Source: Bdellovibrionales bacterium
GTDB taxonomy: Bacteria; Bdellovibrionota; Bdellovibrionia; Bdellovibrionales; UBA1609
NCBI GenBank assembly: GCA_963692945.1
Contig: OY843585.1
Span: forward strand, 720,001 to 752,000
Reading direction: 5' to 3'
DNA: 32,000 bases
Shown here: piece by piece, positions 7,207 to 15,762 of the stretch
Numbering within the stretch: the first letter of the stretch is position 1
Layout of the letters: each line of letters begins with the position of its first letter
Translations under genes and position numbers: made by a program
Notes under the pieces: generated by a model
The model's input: the letters and a program-made list of their open reading frames with translations, nothing else
Database searches by the model: none
Told to the model about the DNA's origin: nothing

Positions 7207-9285
7207 TTAAAAGCTGGTGTAACAGTTTTTGATTTTTGTGACGCAAAAATGATTCATGGAGTTGGAAACCATTTCAAAAATATTTTGATTGGCACTACCA
7301 ATAGATGATTTTGTTCCTGAATCTCTAGAACGATAGGTTTGAGGTAGTGTCACTGGTTTTTGATTGGAAGCTAGGGTTCGTTTCCCAAAACCTCCTTGTA
7401 AATAAGAACCACGACTTGTTGTTTTGGATTTTGAACTTGAGCCAAAAAATCTTGTTTTCACGGTTTGCCATGTGCTCATTGTTTCGGAGGGTGTTTCTGA
7501 TGTAGATTTCTGAAGGGCTGAACTGGCAAGATTGTTTTTTGATTCTTCATCTGTTTCCGTCAACTTGTTATCATCATTTATCCCAGGCACTAAGTCTTTT
7601 GTTTTTTTGTCGGTGTCTTCAAGACCATCAGGGGTTTCATCGTCTTTGGCCATTTTGTTTCTTTCTTCAAGGAATTTTTTTAAATCGTATGGGTCGCCGC
7701 CATTGGGTTTGTAAGGATTTCCTGATGGAGAACTTCCTGGTGATTCAGAAGTAGAACTTCTTACATTATATCCAGGTCCTACTTGAGAATAAGAAGGGGA
7801 TTGCGAGGGTAACCCATTGTATGAAGAAGAGTCTCCTTCTCCTGAGCTACCACCTGTTAAAGTTCCTGTTGACGATGGTTTATTAGGGTCTTTAGAGTTT
7901 TTAGCCAAACAAGCTTGTTCTGCATGACTTTTGGATTCTTTTTTTATTCTTTCTTCGTTTTTTTCGCTTAATATTATCTTTTCGCAACTTGGAAAATGAT
8001 CTATTGAAGCTCCTTTTGTAATTAATAAATATTCATCCGTTGATGGTTCATACAATTTTTTAGTAGAACTGCTATCAAAAAATTTATCTTTAATTTGTGT
8101 TAGAATCTCTTTATACTTTATAGAGATGTTCACAATGTGTTTCTCACATTTAGAGTTTTCATTAACGGCATCTTTAAAACTGGAAACATAAAAACACCTT
8201 TTAAATTTGTCACGGAATTGTTCTAGAGCAGTATTACAAGTGTTATGACATTGTTTTACATTAGCTTTACAGATATCTATTCTTTTATTATATATGTTAC
8301 TTTCTAAAAGCTCTTTATTTTTACATTGATGAGGATGAGGATTTTTTATATTTTTTAAGTAAGTATTAAAAGATTTTTTATGTTCACAGTCTTCTTGATC
8401 AAGATTACTGCAACAAGATTTTTTTGTTTCAGGATAGTGACCGCATTTGTATAAAAGAGTGTCGCCTTCTCCCTTATGAGGCTTGAGAAACTTATAGAGT
8501 TCTTTTATACAACCCTCCGGTTCGTTGATGTCGGTGTTACATCTTGCTTCTTTTTCCTCTTTAAGTTTTTCGATTTCTTTATTATATTGTTCTAGAAGAT
8601 TGGTATCGATGTTACAATGATTTATGTATATTTCCATTATTTTTTTAAAATATTCATGTGAACCTACTGTAAAATTTTTAAGTTTCAAACCATCATTAGA
8701 AGCAAAACCATCATGGCATAGATCTCTTGATTTTTTTAATTTGTTCCAATCACTATATAGATGTGTTCCTTCTTTTGGTTTGGGTTTTTTGTCTATCTCG
8801 TTTATCTGTCTGATTGTATTATCAAAATGTTTGTCAATTTTATCATTACAAAGACGTGTTAATTTTTTAAAACTAGATAAAGCCATACCTGCTGATGGTA
8901 TCGGGATATCAATTTTCTCCGTATTGTGTTTATAAACTATTTTATTAAAAATTTCTGTAAACTTTCCTGTAAACCTTCCAGAATTATGTTTTATATTTAA
9001 ATCGTTACAATGTTTATCAAAAAATATTCTATATCTTTGATTTGTGAAAGTAGCACGTTCATCAGTATCCGTATCCAAAAAACCTTCAAAATCTTGCATC
9101 TTTTCTCTTATATCGGTTGTTGTTAAATCAGTCTCCTCCTTAAATATATCTTCATCACTAGGACTAGAATAGAATTTTATTGTATTTATCTTGGGACAGT
9201 CATCACATGCGTTTGCTGAGCTTATAGATAAAAGACTTATCATGAGAAATAAAAAAGGTTTAAAAATTTTTGTAAAAGATAACAT
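7207..9285 (-). CDS. Large secreted cysteine-rich protein with a low-complexity S/T/G/P-rich C-terminal third (hypothetical)
   Basis: 692 aa. Signal peptide MLSFTKIFKPFLFLMISLLSISSANA. More than 30 Cys in residues ~27-460, then a Ser/Gly/Pro/Thr-rich region. No recognised catalytic motif. Confidence 0.7.
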   Translation of the reverse strand: MLSFTKIFKPFLFLMISLLSISSANACDDCPKINTIKFYSSPSDEDIFKEETDLTTTDIREKMQDFEGFLDTDTDERATFTNQRYRIFFDKHCNDLNIKHNSGRFTGKFTEIFNKIVYKHNTEKIDIPIPSAGMALSSFKKLTRLCNDKIDKHFDNTIRQINEIDKKPKPKEGTHLYSDWNKLKKSRDLCHDGFASNDGLKLKNFTVGSHEYFKKIMEIYINHCNIDTNLLEQYNKEIEKLKEEKEARCNTDINEPEGCIKELYKFLKPHKGEGDTLLYKCGHYPETKKSCCSNLDQEDCEHKKSFNTYLKNIKNPHPHQCKNKELLESNIYNKRIDICKANVKQCHNTCNTALEQFRDKFKRCFYVSSFKDAVNENSKCEKHIVNISIKYKEILTQIKDKFFDSSSTKKLYEPSTDEYLLITKGASIDHFPSCEKIILSEKNEERIKKESKSHAEQACLAKNSKDPNKPSSTGTLTGGSSGEGDSSSYNGLPSQSPSYSQVGPGYNVRSSTSESPGSSPSGNPYKPNGGDPYDLKKFLEERNKMAKDDETPDGLEDTDKKTKDLVPGINDDNKLTETDEESKNNLASSALQKSTSETPSETMSTWQTVKTRFFGSSSKSKTTSRGSYLQGGFGKRTLASNQKPVTLPQTYRSRDSGTKSSIGSANQNIFEMVSNSMNHFCVTKIKNCYTSF

Positions 9286-9594
9286 AGCCCTATTATTATA
9301 TCGTCAAAAATAGGAAAAGGAGTTAAAAAATTTATTATATTTCTATTTATAAATTATTTATTTAAATCTATTTGAATGGATTTTTTGAAATTTTATTAAA
9401 TTGGATTCAAATCTCATTTAAAAAGTGATTTTTATCCTTTTAAAAGAGAGGAAAAACAAAAACCGTTCAGTTTTTAAACACTTGCTTTTGTAAAATTAAA
9501 GAAATTGTATTTATAAAGAAGCTTTTCATTGTGTTTTTTTGAAAATCATTTAATATAAATGAGTCTCATTTTGAGACACTTACAAGGAGGTTAT

Positions 9595-10545
9595 ATGGTT
9601 TTATGGGACAAGGATGTTTATCGGGAAGGTTTTAAAAAAACTTTTAGTATGAATTTTTTTAAAACTCTTTTCTTGGTATTTTTTTTAATCTTTGGTTTTT
9701 CTAGTTTTTCTTTAACAATAGATTGTGAAGATGAAAATCATGTAGATAGAAAACTGCAAGAAAGACCTAAAGATCATCTCCTCTTAGTTATGAAAGCCAA
9801 ATGCCTGTTATTAAGGGGCAAAAAAGACGAAGCCTTTAGGTATTTAATAAAAGGGAAAGATCAAAAAGGAATTTACCCTGCTTATATGGTGGCCAGATAT
9901 ATAAAAACCGATGGGACTTTTGAAGATATTGACGACCCAGTTAGACATAGTGAAATTACAGATTCAGCTATAGCTTCTTATAAAGAGGTTATAGATCTTA
10001 TTAAATCCATTCCTAACTATCCTAATGCTATATCAACGGACGGTTCTACAGTGCTTTATGCTCTTTTAGAAAAAGATCATTTATTTGAACTGGCTTCTTT
10101 TTATATGATATCAGTAAGTTATTTTGATAGATATTTTTTGCAAGTCATAGATCATCATGCTCAGCTGGAGCATTCTTCACCGGGTTATGAAGAGGGGACA
10201 GGGACTGGTGCTCCTTTGCTTCCTGTTATTCGGCATTATCAAGGCCCTGTTTACAGTTTAAATACATTAGAAGAGGTCTCCACTCATTGTAGTCAAAACT
10301 CTAATCCCTATAATAAAGAACTTTACGATATATATATAGAACTTTGTAATCATATGAAAAACTTTGTAATGGAGGTTAGAGATTTAGAAAATGAGAGAGC
10401 TCATAAAGCACAAATCTGTAAAGATTTTATAAAATTAGAAGGGGAGTTTTGTGAATCTTATTGGAATGCAGTAGGAGAAATCAAAAAGAAGAGAGATATT
10501 ATTTTAAAAAGAATGGGCGAACTGCTTTCAAAATCTAGCTATTGA
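9595..10545 (+). CDS. Hypothetical secreted or membrane-anchored protein
   Basis: The ORF is open from 9559, but an AAGGAGG lies 5 nt before the ATG at 9595. Hydrophobic segment FFKTLFLVFFLIFGFSSFS. No family recognised. Confidence 0.6.
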   Translation: MVLWDKDVYREGFKKTFSMNFFKTLFLVFFLIFGFSSFSLTIDCEDENHVDRKLQERPKDHLLLVMKAKCLLLRGKKDEAFRYLIKGKDQKGIYPAYMVARYIKTDGTFEDIDDPVRHSEITDSAIASYKEVIDLIKSIPNYPNAISTDGSTVLYALLEKDHLFELASFYMISVSYFDRYFLQVIDHHAQLEHSSPGYEEGTGTGAPLLPVIRHYQGPVYSLNTLEEVSTHCSQNSNPYNKELYDIYIELCNHMKNFVMEVRDLENERAHKAQICKDFIKLEGEFCESYWNAVGEIKKKRDIILKRMGELLSKSSY

Positions 10546-10653
10546 TTCTCATTTTATAGATAATTGATTCCTATTTCATAACAATTGATTCCCATTTTAT
10601 AGATAATTGATTCCTATTTCATAGATAGATCAAATTAAAAAATAGAATCTACA

Positions 10654-10678
10654 AGCCCTCCACAGAGGGCTTTTTTTT
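10654..10678 (+). terminator. Rho-independent terminator-like hairpin (AGCCCTC-CACA-GAGGGCT plus T-run)
   Basis: 7-bp GC-rich stem, 4-nt loop and a T8 tract, downstream of the 9595-10545 CDS. Confidence 0.7.
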
Positions 10679-10706
10679 ATAGATAAATTAAAAAATAGAA
10701 TCTACA

Positions 10707-10729
10707 AGCCCTCCACAGAGGGCTTTTTT
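10707..10729 (+). terminator. Second copy of the same terminator-like hairpin
   Basis: Identical stem-loop followed by T6. Confidence 0.65.
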
Positions 10730-11151
10730 ATTTGCTGAAAAGTTAATTATCCGATTTTTGTATACCATTTTGAAAAGAATAAGCGAGTTGGTTTCAGACT
10801 CCAACTATTGATTCCCATTTTATAGATAATTGATTCCTATTTCATAGATAGATCAAATTAAAAAATAGAATCTACAAGCCCTCCACAGAGAGCTTTTTTT
10901 ATTTTCTGAAAAGTTAATTATCCGATTTTTGTATACCATTTTGAAAGAATAGGCGAATTGTTTTAAAGACTCCAATTATTGATTCCCATTTCATAGATAG
11001 TTGATTCCAATTTCATAATAATTGATTCCTATTTTATAAATAGATCAAATTAAAAAATAGAATCTACAAGCCCTCCACCAGACTGTTTTTTTATTTGCTT
11101 TACGCCGGAATTGTTCTTTCTTTCTTTCTTTTTTTCTTTTAGATTCTCTTT

Positions 11152-11172
11152 CCCTCCACAAGAGGGTTTTTT
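11152..11172 (+). terminator. Related terminator-like hairpin (CCCTC-CACAA-GAGGG plus T-run)
   Basis: 5-bp stem plus T6. The neighbouring copies at ~11068 and ~11253 have lost stem complementarity. Confidence 0.45.
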
Positions 11173-11308
11173 ATTTGCTTTTAGTTAAGTTAGTAATATG
11201 TAATATCTTTTTTTTCTTTCATAAATAGATAAATTTAAAAACAGAATCCACAAGCCCTCCACCAGACTGCTTTTTTTTATAGATAAATTAAAAAATAAAA
11301 TCTACAAG

Positions 11309-11331
11309 CCCTCACAAGAGGGTTTTTTTTT
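11309..11331 (+). terminator. Related terminator-like hairpin (CCCTC-ACAA-GAGGG plus T9)
   Basis: 5-bp stem and a long T-run. It is the last module of the repeat region. Confidence 0.5.
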
Positions 11332-11490
11332 ATTTTAGTAGTAGCTCCTATTGGCATGGTTGTTTGGTTTGGTCAAATAACTTTAAATCTATCGGCTGGC
11401 AAATCTTTAAATAAAGATACAAATTAAAATGAAGAAAAAAAGAAAGTGCTTAACAAAAGAACTTGAAGATCAAATTCTAAGGGGTGCATA

Positions 11491-11850
11491 ATGAATAGAT
11501 TACTAATAATTTTGTTGGTGTTTAGTTTTCAAGGCATCGCAGAGGGAAAGACTAACAAGTTAAAGCCTAGTGATTGTGTGTGGTCGGACTATAAGAAAAA
11601 TAGATTCTATTGCCAAACTGAATATAACGAAAATATGAGATTTGTGGATAAGAGATGTCGCAATGTAGGGGTTGCATTATCTCGTTGTTTTAAGTATCCA
11701 CTCTTAAATAAAAAGAAATGTGAGAAGATTAATAAATTTATTAGTAAATGTAAAAAGGCAGCCGATAGAAAAGATGATATTGCTAGAATAAGAAGAAAAG
11801 AAAGAGCAAGAGTAGAAATAGGTGAAATAGCCGATTCTCTAGAAATATAA
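11491..11850 (+). CDS. Small secreted basic cysteine-containing protein (hypothetical)
   Basis: 119 aa. AAGGGG Shine-Dalgarno sequence, signal peptide MNRLLIILLVFSFQGIAEG, 6 Cys, Lys/Arg-rich. Confidence 0.6.
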   Translation: MNRLLIILLVFSFQGIAEGKTNKLKPSDCVWSDYKKNRFYCQTEYNENMRFVDKRCRNVGVALSRCFKYPLLNKKKCEKINKFISKCKKAADRKDDIARIRRKERARVEIGEIADSLEI

Positions 11851-11876
11851 ATAAACAATAAACCTATTAAAATAAA

Positions 11877-12132
11877 TTAGGCTGTTCTCTTTATAAAAAT
11901 ATCTTGCTCTTCTAGTCGGTCAATCATCTGTTTAACAGACATTTTATTAAAAGGCTTACCTTGTCTATTCCTAATGTTCTTATTGTTTAATTCCACAGCC
12001 ATTTTAGAAAGTGATAAGTGACTTAAAAGCTTTAAAGAGTTCACTAGTTCTAAGTCGTATCTTTGAGAAACTGAAAGTGGCTTTACTTTAGTTAATCTAT
12101 CATAATAAAACGATACGATCTAAGTTTTTCAT
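11877..12132 (-). pseudogene. Possible degraded small ORF (helix-turn-helix-like?) downstream of the restriction gene
   Basis: The ATG at 12130-12132 runs into a stop after 10 codons. A different frame is open for ~82 codons (…LSHLSLSKMAVELNNKNIRNRQGKPFNKMSVKQMIDRLEEQDIFIKRTA-stop) but has no ATG before 12002. The span of 256 nt is not a multiple of 3. Confidence 0.2.
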
Positions 12133-12251
12133 AGGCACAAATGCTTAAAAACCGTTGTAAAATAAGTATATAGAGGTTTTTTATCAATATAGGTCAAAAC
12201 ATCTTAGGTAGTAGAAAACTTCAAAAATTAGCAAGTATTAAGAAGTGTTTT

Positions 12252-12830
12252 TTAACATATACCTAAAATTAGAACAGGAATATCAATGTTGGAAGTTCCT
12301 CTGGTTTCTAAGTCCCAAACAAATTGCTCAAAGTAAGACACTCCAGAAGACATTTCATCAGCTAATTCTTTTAATGGAACTATTTCTATGCCTGCATCAA
12401 TATGATCCAGATTTTTAAATATAGTCATCTTAGCACAAACATTATAAGCCATAAAAGCATACTTACCAAATTGAACTTCTACACCAAGACGATTTTTTAC
12501 AAAATCCATATCACGAAAAGCTCCTTGATTTAAAGGCTTAGGATTTTTATGGATTTCTGTATAGTAGTTTTTTGAATATTCACAATTTACTTTAAGAGAG
12601 TTCCAACCCAAAGGCGAAAGTGTTTTCTTAAATTGTTCATTAAACAATACAGGGCTATATAACTTTTTGCCTTTCATAGTTTTTTCTTTACTTATTTTCT
12701 TTTTACTATTTGATTTTTTAATTTTTTTTATACACGATTCAATTTCTAGTTTAGCATCTAGAAAATTTTTATTTATATAATCTTCACCATTGTTAAAACT
12801 AAATTTCCCTGCAATTTTCATTAAAACCAT
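12252..12830 (-). CDS. Type II restriction endonuclease, BglII/BamHI-like fold
   Basis: RDMDFVKNRLGVEVQFGKY reproduces the BglII catalytic D-x8-E-x-Q arrangement (BglII: DIDFGKRDTLVEVQF). The later IEIVPLK...SSGVSYFEQ resembles BglII VAIIITK...SSLYYEQ. The alternative start at 12821 gives a TAATG stop-start overlap with the methylase. Confidence 0.7.
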   Translation of the reverse strand: MVLMKIAGKFSFNNGEDYINKNFLDAKLEIESCIKKIKKSNSKKKISKEKTMKGKKLYSPVLFNEQFKKTLSPLGWNSLKVNCEYSKNYYTEIHKNPKPLNQGAFRDMDFVKNRLGVEVQFGKYAFMAYNVCAKMTIFKNLDHIDAGIEIVPLKELADEMSSGVSYFEQFVWDLETRGTSNIDIPVLILGIC

Positions 12831-13747
12831 TCCTTTGGAATTTGAGTGATTTTATCAGTCAATTTTGGTTGATGAATTTTTGTTCCAATCTTTCTAGTTT
12901 TTAAAACCCCTGCTTTTAAATCTTTAATTCTTAATTTTGCTTCATTACAATAATCCTTATCTTTCTCTATACAAATGCTATGCCTTCTATTTTTTAATGC
13001 AGCTAAAGCTGTTGTGCCAACTCCAGCAAATGGATCTAAAATCCAATCTTCTTGATTTGTAAAAGCTAAAACACAACGTTCTATAAGTTCAATAGGAAAT
13101 TGGCAAGGATGTGATGTTTTCTCAGGATGATTGGCTTTAACATTTGGTATGTCAATAATTCCACTATTAAACTCTTCTCTTATAAGTTCCCAAAAATCAG
13201 AAGGATTTTTACCTAGAGGGTTACCACTGGGTAGTCCCTTCTTTTTACCTTTAAAATGTCGTTTTCCTGGATATTTTGAAGGTACTCTAATATCATCAAG
13301 ATTAAATGTATAACTATCATTTTTTGTGAACCAAAGTAAAGTCTCATACCGACCAGAAAGACGTTTTGAGGCATGCAATCCGTGGTTGAAATGCCAAATG
13401 ATTCTATTTCGCAGTTTTAAACCTAACTCTTTAAAAATAGGATAGAAATAAATGTCAAGAGGGTAAACTTCCCCCTTATCTACAAAATTACCTACCTGCC
13501 AACAAAGACTTCCATTTTTTTTAAGAACTCTACAGAGTTCCTTTATAACTTCCTTTTGCCAATCCAAATAAGAACTAAGACCTATTTTTTTTTCATAGGA
13601 CTTTCCAAGATTATAAGGAGGAGATGTGATAACTAATTTCATACTTTGTTTATCTATTTTAGAAAGACCTTTAAAGACATCTTCATTGTATATAATAGAA
13701 TTTAATTTTGATTTATCATCATCTTTAAAAATTGACATTTGTTCCAT
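12821..13747 (-). CDS. DNA methyltransferase, beta-class N4/N6 (SPPY motif, probably N4-cytosine)
   Basis: Motif IV TSPPYNLGK is near the N-terminus and motif I LDPFAGVGTT near the C-terminus (IV-to-I order, beta class). It overlaps the endonuclease gene. Confidence 0.88.
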   Translation of the reverse strand: MEQMSIFKDDDKSKLNSIIYNEDVFKGLSKIDKQSMKLVITSPPYNLGKSYEKKIGLSSYLDWQKEVIKELCRVLKKNGSLCWQVGNFVDKGEVYPLDIYFYPIFKELGLKLRNRIIWHFNHGLHASKRLSGRYETLLWFTKNDSYTFNLDDIRVPSKYPGKRHFKGKKKGLPSGNPLGKNPSDFWELIREEFNSGIIDIPNVKANHPEKTSHPCQFPIELIERCVLAFTNQEDWILDPFAGVGTTALAALKNRRHSICIEKDKDYCNEAKLRIKDLKAGVLKTRKIGTKIHQPKLTDKITQIPKEWF

Positions 13748-13888
13748 AAAATTCCTACTTAAAGATATAGATTTTAGTTTTTGATTTATTAGTATAATAC
13801 TATATATTTAGCTTGTTTAGAATCAATATCTATAAAAAAAATTATGTAGCGTGTCAGGTAAATTTTAATAAAGAGGGTTAATTAAGTT

Positions 13889-14113
13889 ATGAAAATATTT
13901 TTATTGTTAGGATTGGTTATTGTTTCTTTTGGTTGTTGGGAAGAAGATTATAATTCTTATTTTCCTCCTGGGCAATCTTTTACATATCCTGATAAGAGCT
14001 TATCTGAAATTCAACTCACTGGTGATTATTCTGTATTAGGAACTAAAGAAACAGGAAAGTATAAGGTTACTGAGAAATATAAAAAAATCAAGAAACTACC
14101 TAAACGTAAATAA
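13889..14113 (+). CDS. Small putative lipoprotein or secreted protein (74 aa)
   Basis: AGAGGG Shine-Dalgarno sequence. MKIFLLLGLVIVSFGC is a signal peptide with a lipobox-like SFGC. Confidence 0.5.
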   Translation: MKIFLLLGLVIVSFGCWEEDYNSYFPPGQSFTYPDKSLSEIQLTGDYSVLGTKETGKYKVTEKYKKIKKLPKRK

Positions 14114-14226
14114 ATGGCACAATAAAACAGAATTGAAGATCAAGATATTTTTTTATAGAGTCTATAAACTTATAGTTGAGTGGCTAAACTATTTATCTCA
14201 GATGGATATTACAAAACAATTTTATT

Positions 14227-15762
14227 TTAATCAGCATGTGCAGCTGTTTTTGCAAATTCCATAAGAATTTTTTTACATTTTTCCATTCTCATTTTAATTT
14301 TTGTCCTAGTTTTGAAATTAAATTTATTATTTTTTAAATATTCTTCTAAAAATTTTATTTCAAAATGAACTAAATCTATCTTAAGACGTAAGAGATGATT
14401 ATTTTTAGATAAATTATGTAATTCCCAATTTTTGTTAAAAAAAGGATTTTTAAAGTTATTGTCAAAAAGTTTTTCTGTAGGGATTCTGTTTTTTGATAAA
14501 AATTCTATAATCTCATCTGGTAAAAGTATGTCACTTTCTTCTAAAGAATCTAACAATTCATTAATATTTTGAACTCCTTCATAGATTCTTTGTATTATCT
14601 TAAAAGGCTCATCTTCATAATCTACTTTCATTTTTAAATCTGGTATTATATGCTCATGCTCTTCTGCATTTTTAATATCTTTCCAATATTCTTCCATATC
14701 ATTCTTAATAAATGGAAGATTATATTTATTGTCATCTTTATAAAATTTTAGATAGATATCATCATTTTTAGTTTCCTCATTTTCACAAATATTCTTCTGA
14801 GAAAAAAATAATGCTATATTTTTACCCTGAGAATCTTTAGAACTTCCATAGATTATACCATGAGAGCCTTGTTTTTTGATATATTCAGATAAAATCTGAG
14901 TTGGAACATAATCTGTATGCTCTCTACCATCTTTTTTTATTGGCTCAGATAATTTTGTTGCAAATTCTTGGATAAAAATTAAATCATTTCTTTTTTTCCT
15001 CTGATTTTCATTTATATCAAAAAAGCTTGGTATTTCTTCATTGCTTTTTAAAGTTAAATCAATAACTTGTATTTCCTTTAAAAGTTGAAATTCTGCAATA
15101 TAGGCAAGCCCTTTATGGTCTAAAGAAATTTCAGTTAAAGCCATTTTTTTGTCAAAAGAAGCATATAAAATTGGTATTCTAGGAGGACTCATTCTATTAG
15201 AAGTATTCATAATATCTTCTGGTTCTGGAGGGCCCATTCTTCTTAGATCATTTACAATGCAATTACCTTCTGTAAAAGCTCTAGCTCTATATATTTTTAT
15301 TTGTTTTGTTGGTTTTATATTTTTTTTTAGATCATTTTTTTCTATTATTTTCATTGCTTCTTGTAAAATATTAGTTTGAGAAGAAAAGAAAAATCTCTTT
15401 TCTTTTTTTACATAGTTAGAAAAATCATCCCATTTTTTTAAGAATCCTCTTCTATCAATTAGATGTACTTTTCCAAGTTTGCTTTTAATGAGAGTTTTAG
15501 CATCCTGAAGTAGTTTTTCTTTCTGAACGGGGAAGTAATTTTCCATGAAATCTGATAATGTTTCAGAGTTATTATTTGATCTAGTTATACAATAAATTTC
15601 TTTTAAACAAATAAGAATGTGGTCAATTAGTTTCTCTAAATGGACGGTTTTCTTATTTTTATTTTGACAGTAGTTACAGTCAGAAATTGTTCCATTGTGA
15701 TTTATGAATTTTTTTAACCCAGGTTCATTTTCTAAGCATATCTCACAACAAATAAGAGACAT
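14227..15762 (-). CDS. RES-domain protein with an N-terminal CxxC...CxxC zinc-ribbon-like module and a ~170-aa helical C-terminal extension
   Basis: 511 aa. N-terminal CCEIC...CNYC. RES signature in order: KIYRARAF (R), NRMSPPRIPILYAS...ALTEISL (E), DYVPTQILSEYIKKQGSHGIIYGSS (S). Confidence 0.75.
   Translation of the reverse strand: MSLICCEICLENEPGLKKFINHNGTISDCNYCQNKNKKTVHLEKLIDHILICLKEIYCITRSNNNSETLSDFMENYFPVQKEKLLQDAKTLIKSKLGKVHLIDRRGFLKKWDDFSNYVKKEKRFFFSSQTNILQEAMKIIEKNDLKKNIKPTKQIKIYRARAFTEGNCIVNDLRRMGPPEPEDIMNTSNRMSPPRIPILYASFDKKMALTEISLDHKGLAYIAEFQLLKEIQVIDLTLKSNEEIPSFFDINENQRKKRNDLIFIQEFATKLSEPIKKDGREHTDYVPTQILSEYIKKQGSHGIIYGSSKDSQGKNIALFFSQKNICENEETKNDDIYLKFYKDDNKYNLPFIKNDMEEYWKDIKNAEEHEHIIPDLKMKVDYEDEPFKIIQRIYEGVQNINELLDSLEESDILLPDEIIEFLSKNRIPTEKLFDNNFKNPFFNKNWELHNLSKNNHLLRLKIDLVHFEIKFLEEYLKNNKFNFKTRTKIKMRMEKCKKILMEFAKTAAHAD

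Larger units (their letters stand above)
10498..11335 (+). repeat. Composite repeat region of ~840 bp: the last ~45-60 nt of the upstream CDS plus its stop, 22-bp sub-repeats, and terminator-like hairpin modules, iterated about 3 times with extra hairpin modules
   Basis: Pseudo-C-termini occur at ~10766-10812 (KRISELVSDSNY-stop versus the genuine KRMGELLSKSSY-stop) and ~10937-10983. The 22-bp unit ttgattcc(c/t)attt(t/c)atagataa occurs x4 from 10541, x2 from 10807 and x3 from 10978. There are about 7 copies of aaaaaatagaatctacaagccctccacagagggcttttt. Confidence 0.9.

Noticed and set aside
10541-11043. Plasmid-type iteron origin (22-bp direct repeats)
   Set aside because: There is no rep gene, DnaA box cluster or adjacent partition locus. 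The repeats start exactly at a gene's stop codon and fit the gene-end duplication pattern seen elsewhere. Kept only as a minor alternative within the corresponding finding.
14114-14226. Short palindromes (tatag-agt-ctata, ctataa-ac-ttatag) as a bidirectional terminator between convergent genes
   Set aside because: The stems are only 5-6 bp, AT-only and have 2-3-nt loops. They are too weak to call.
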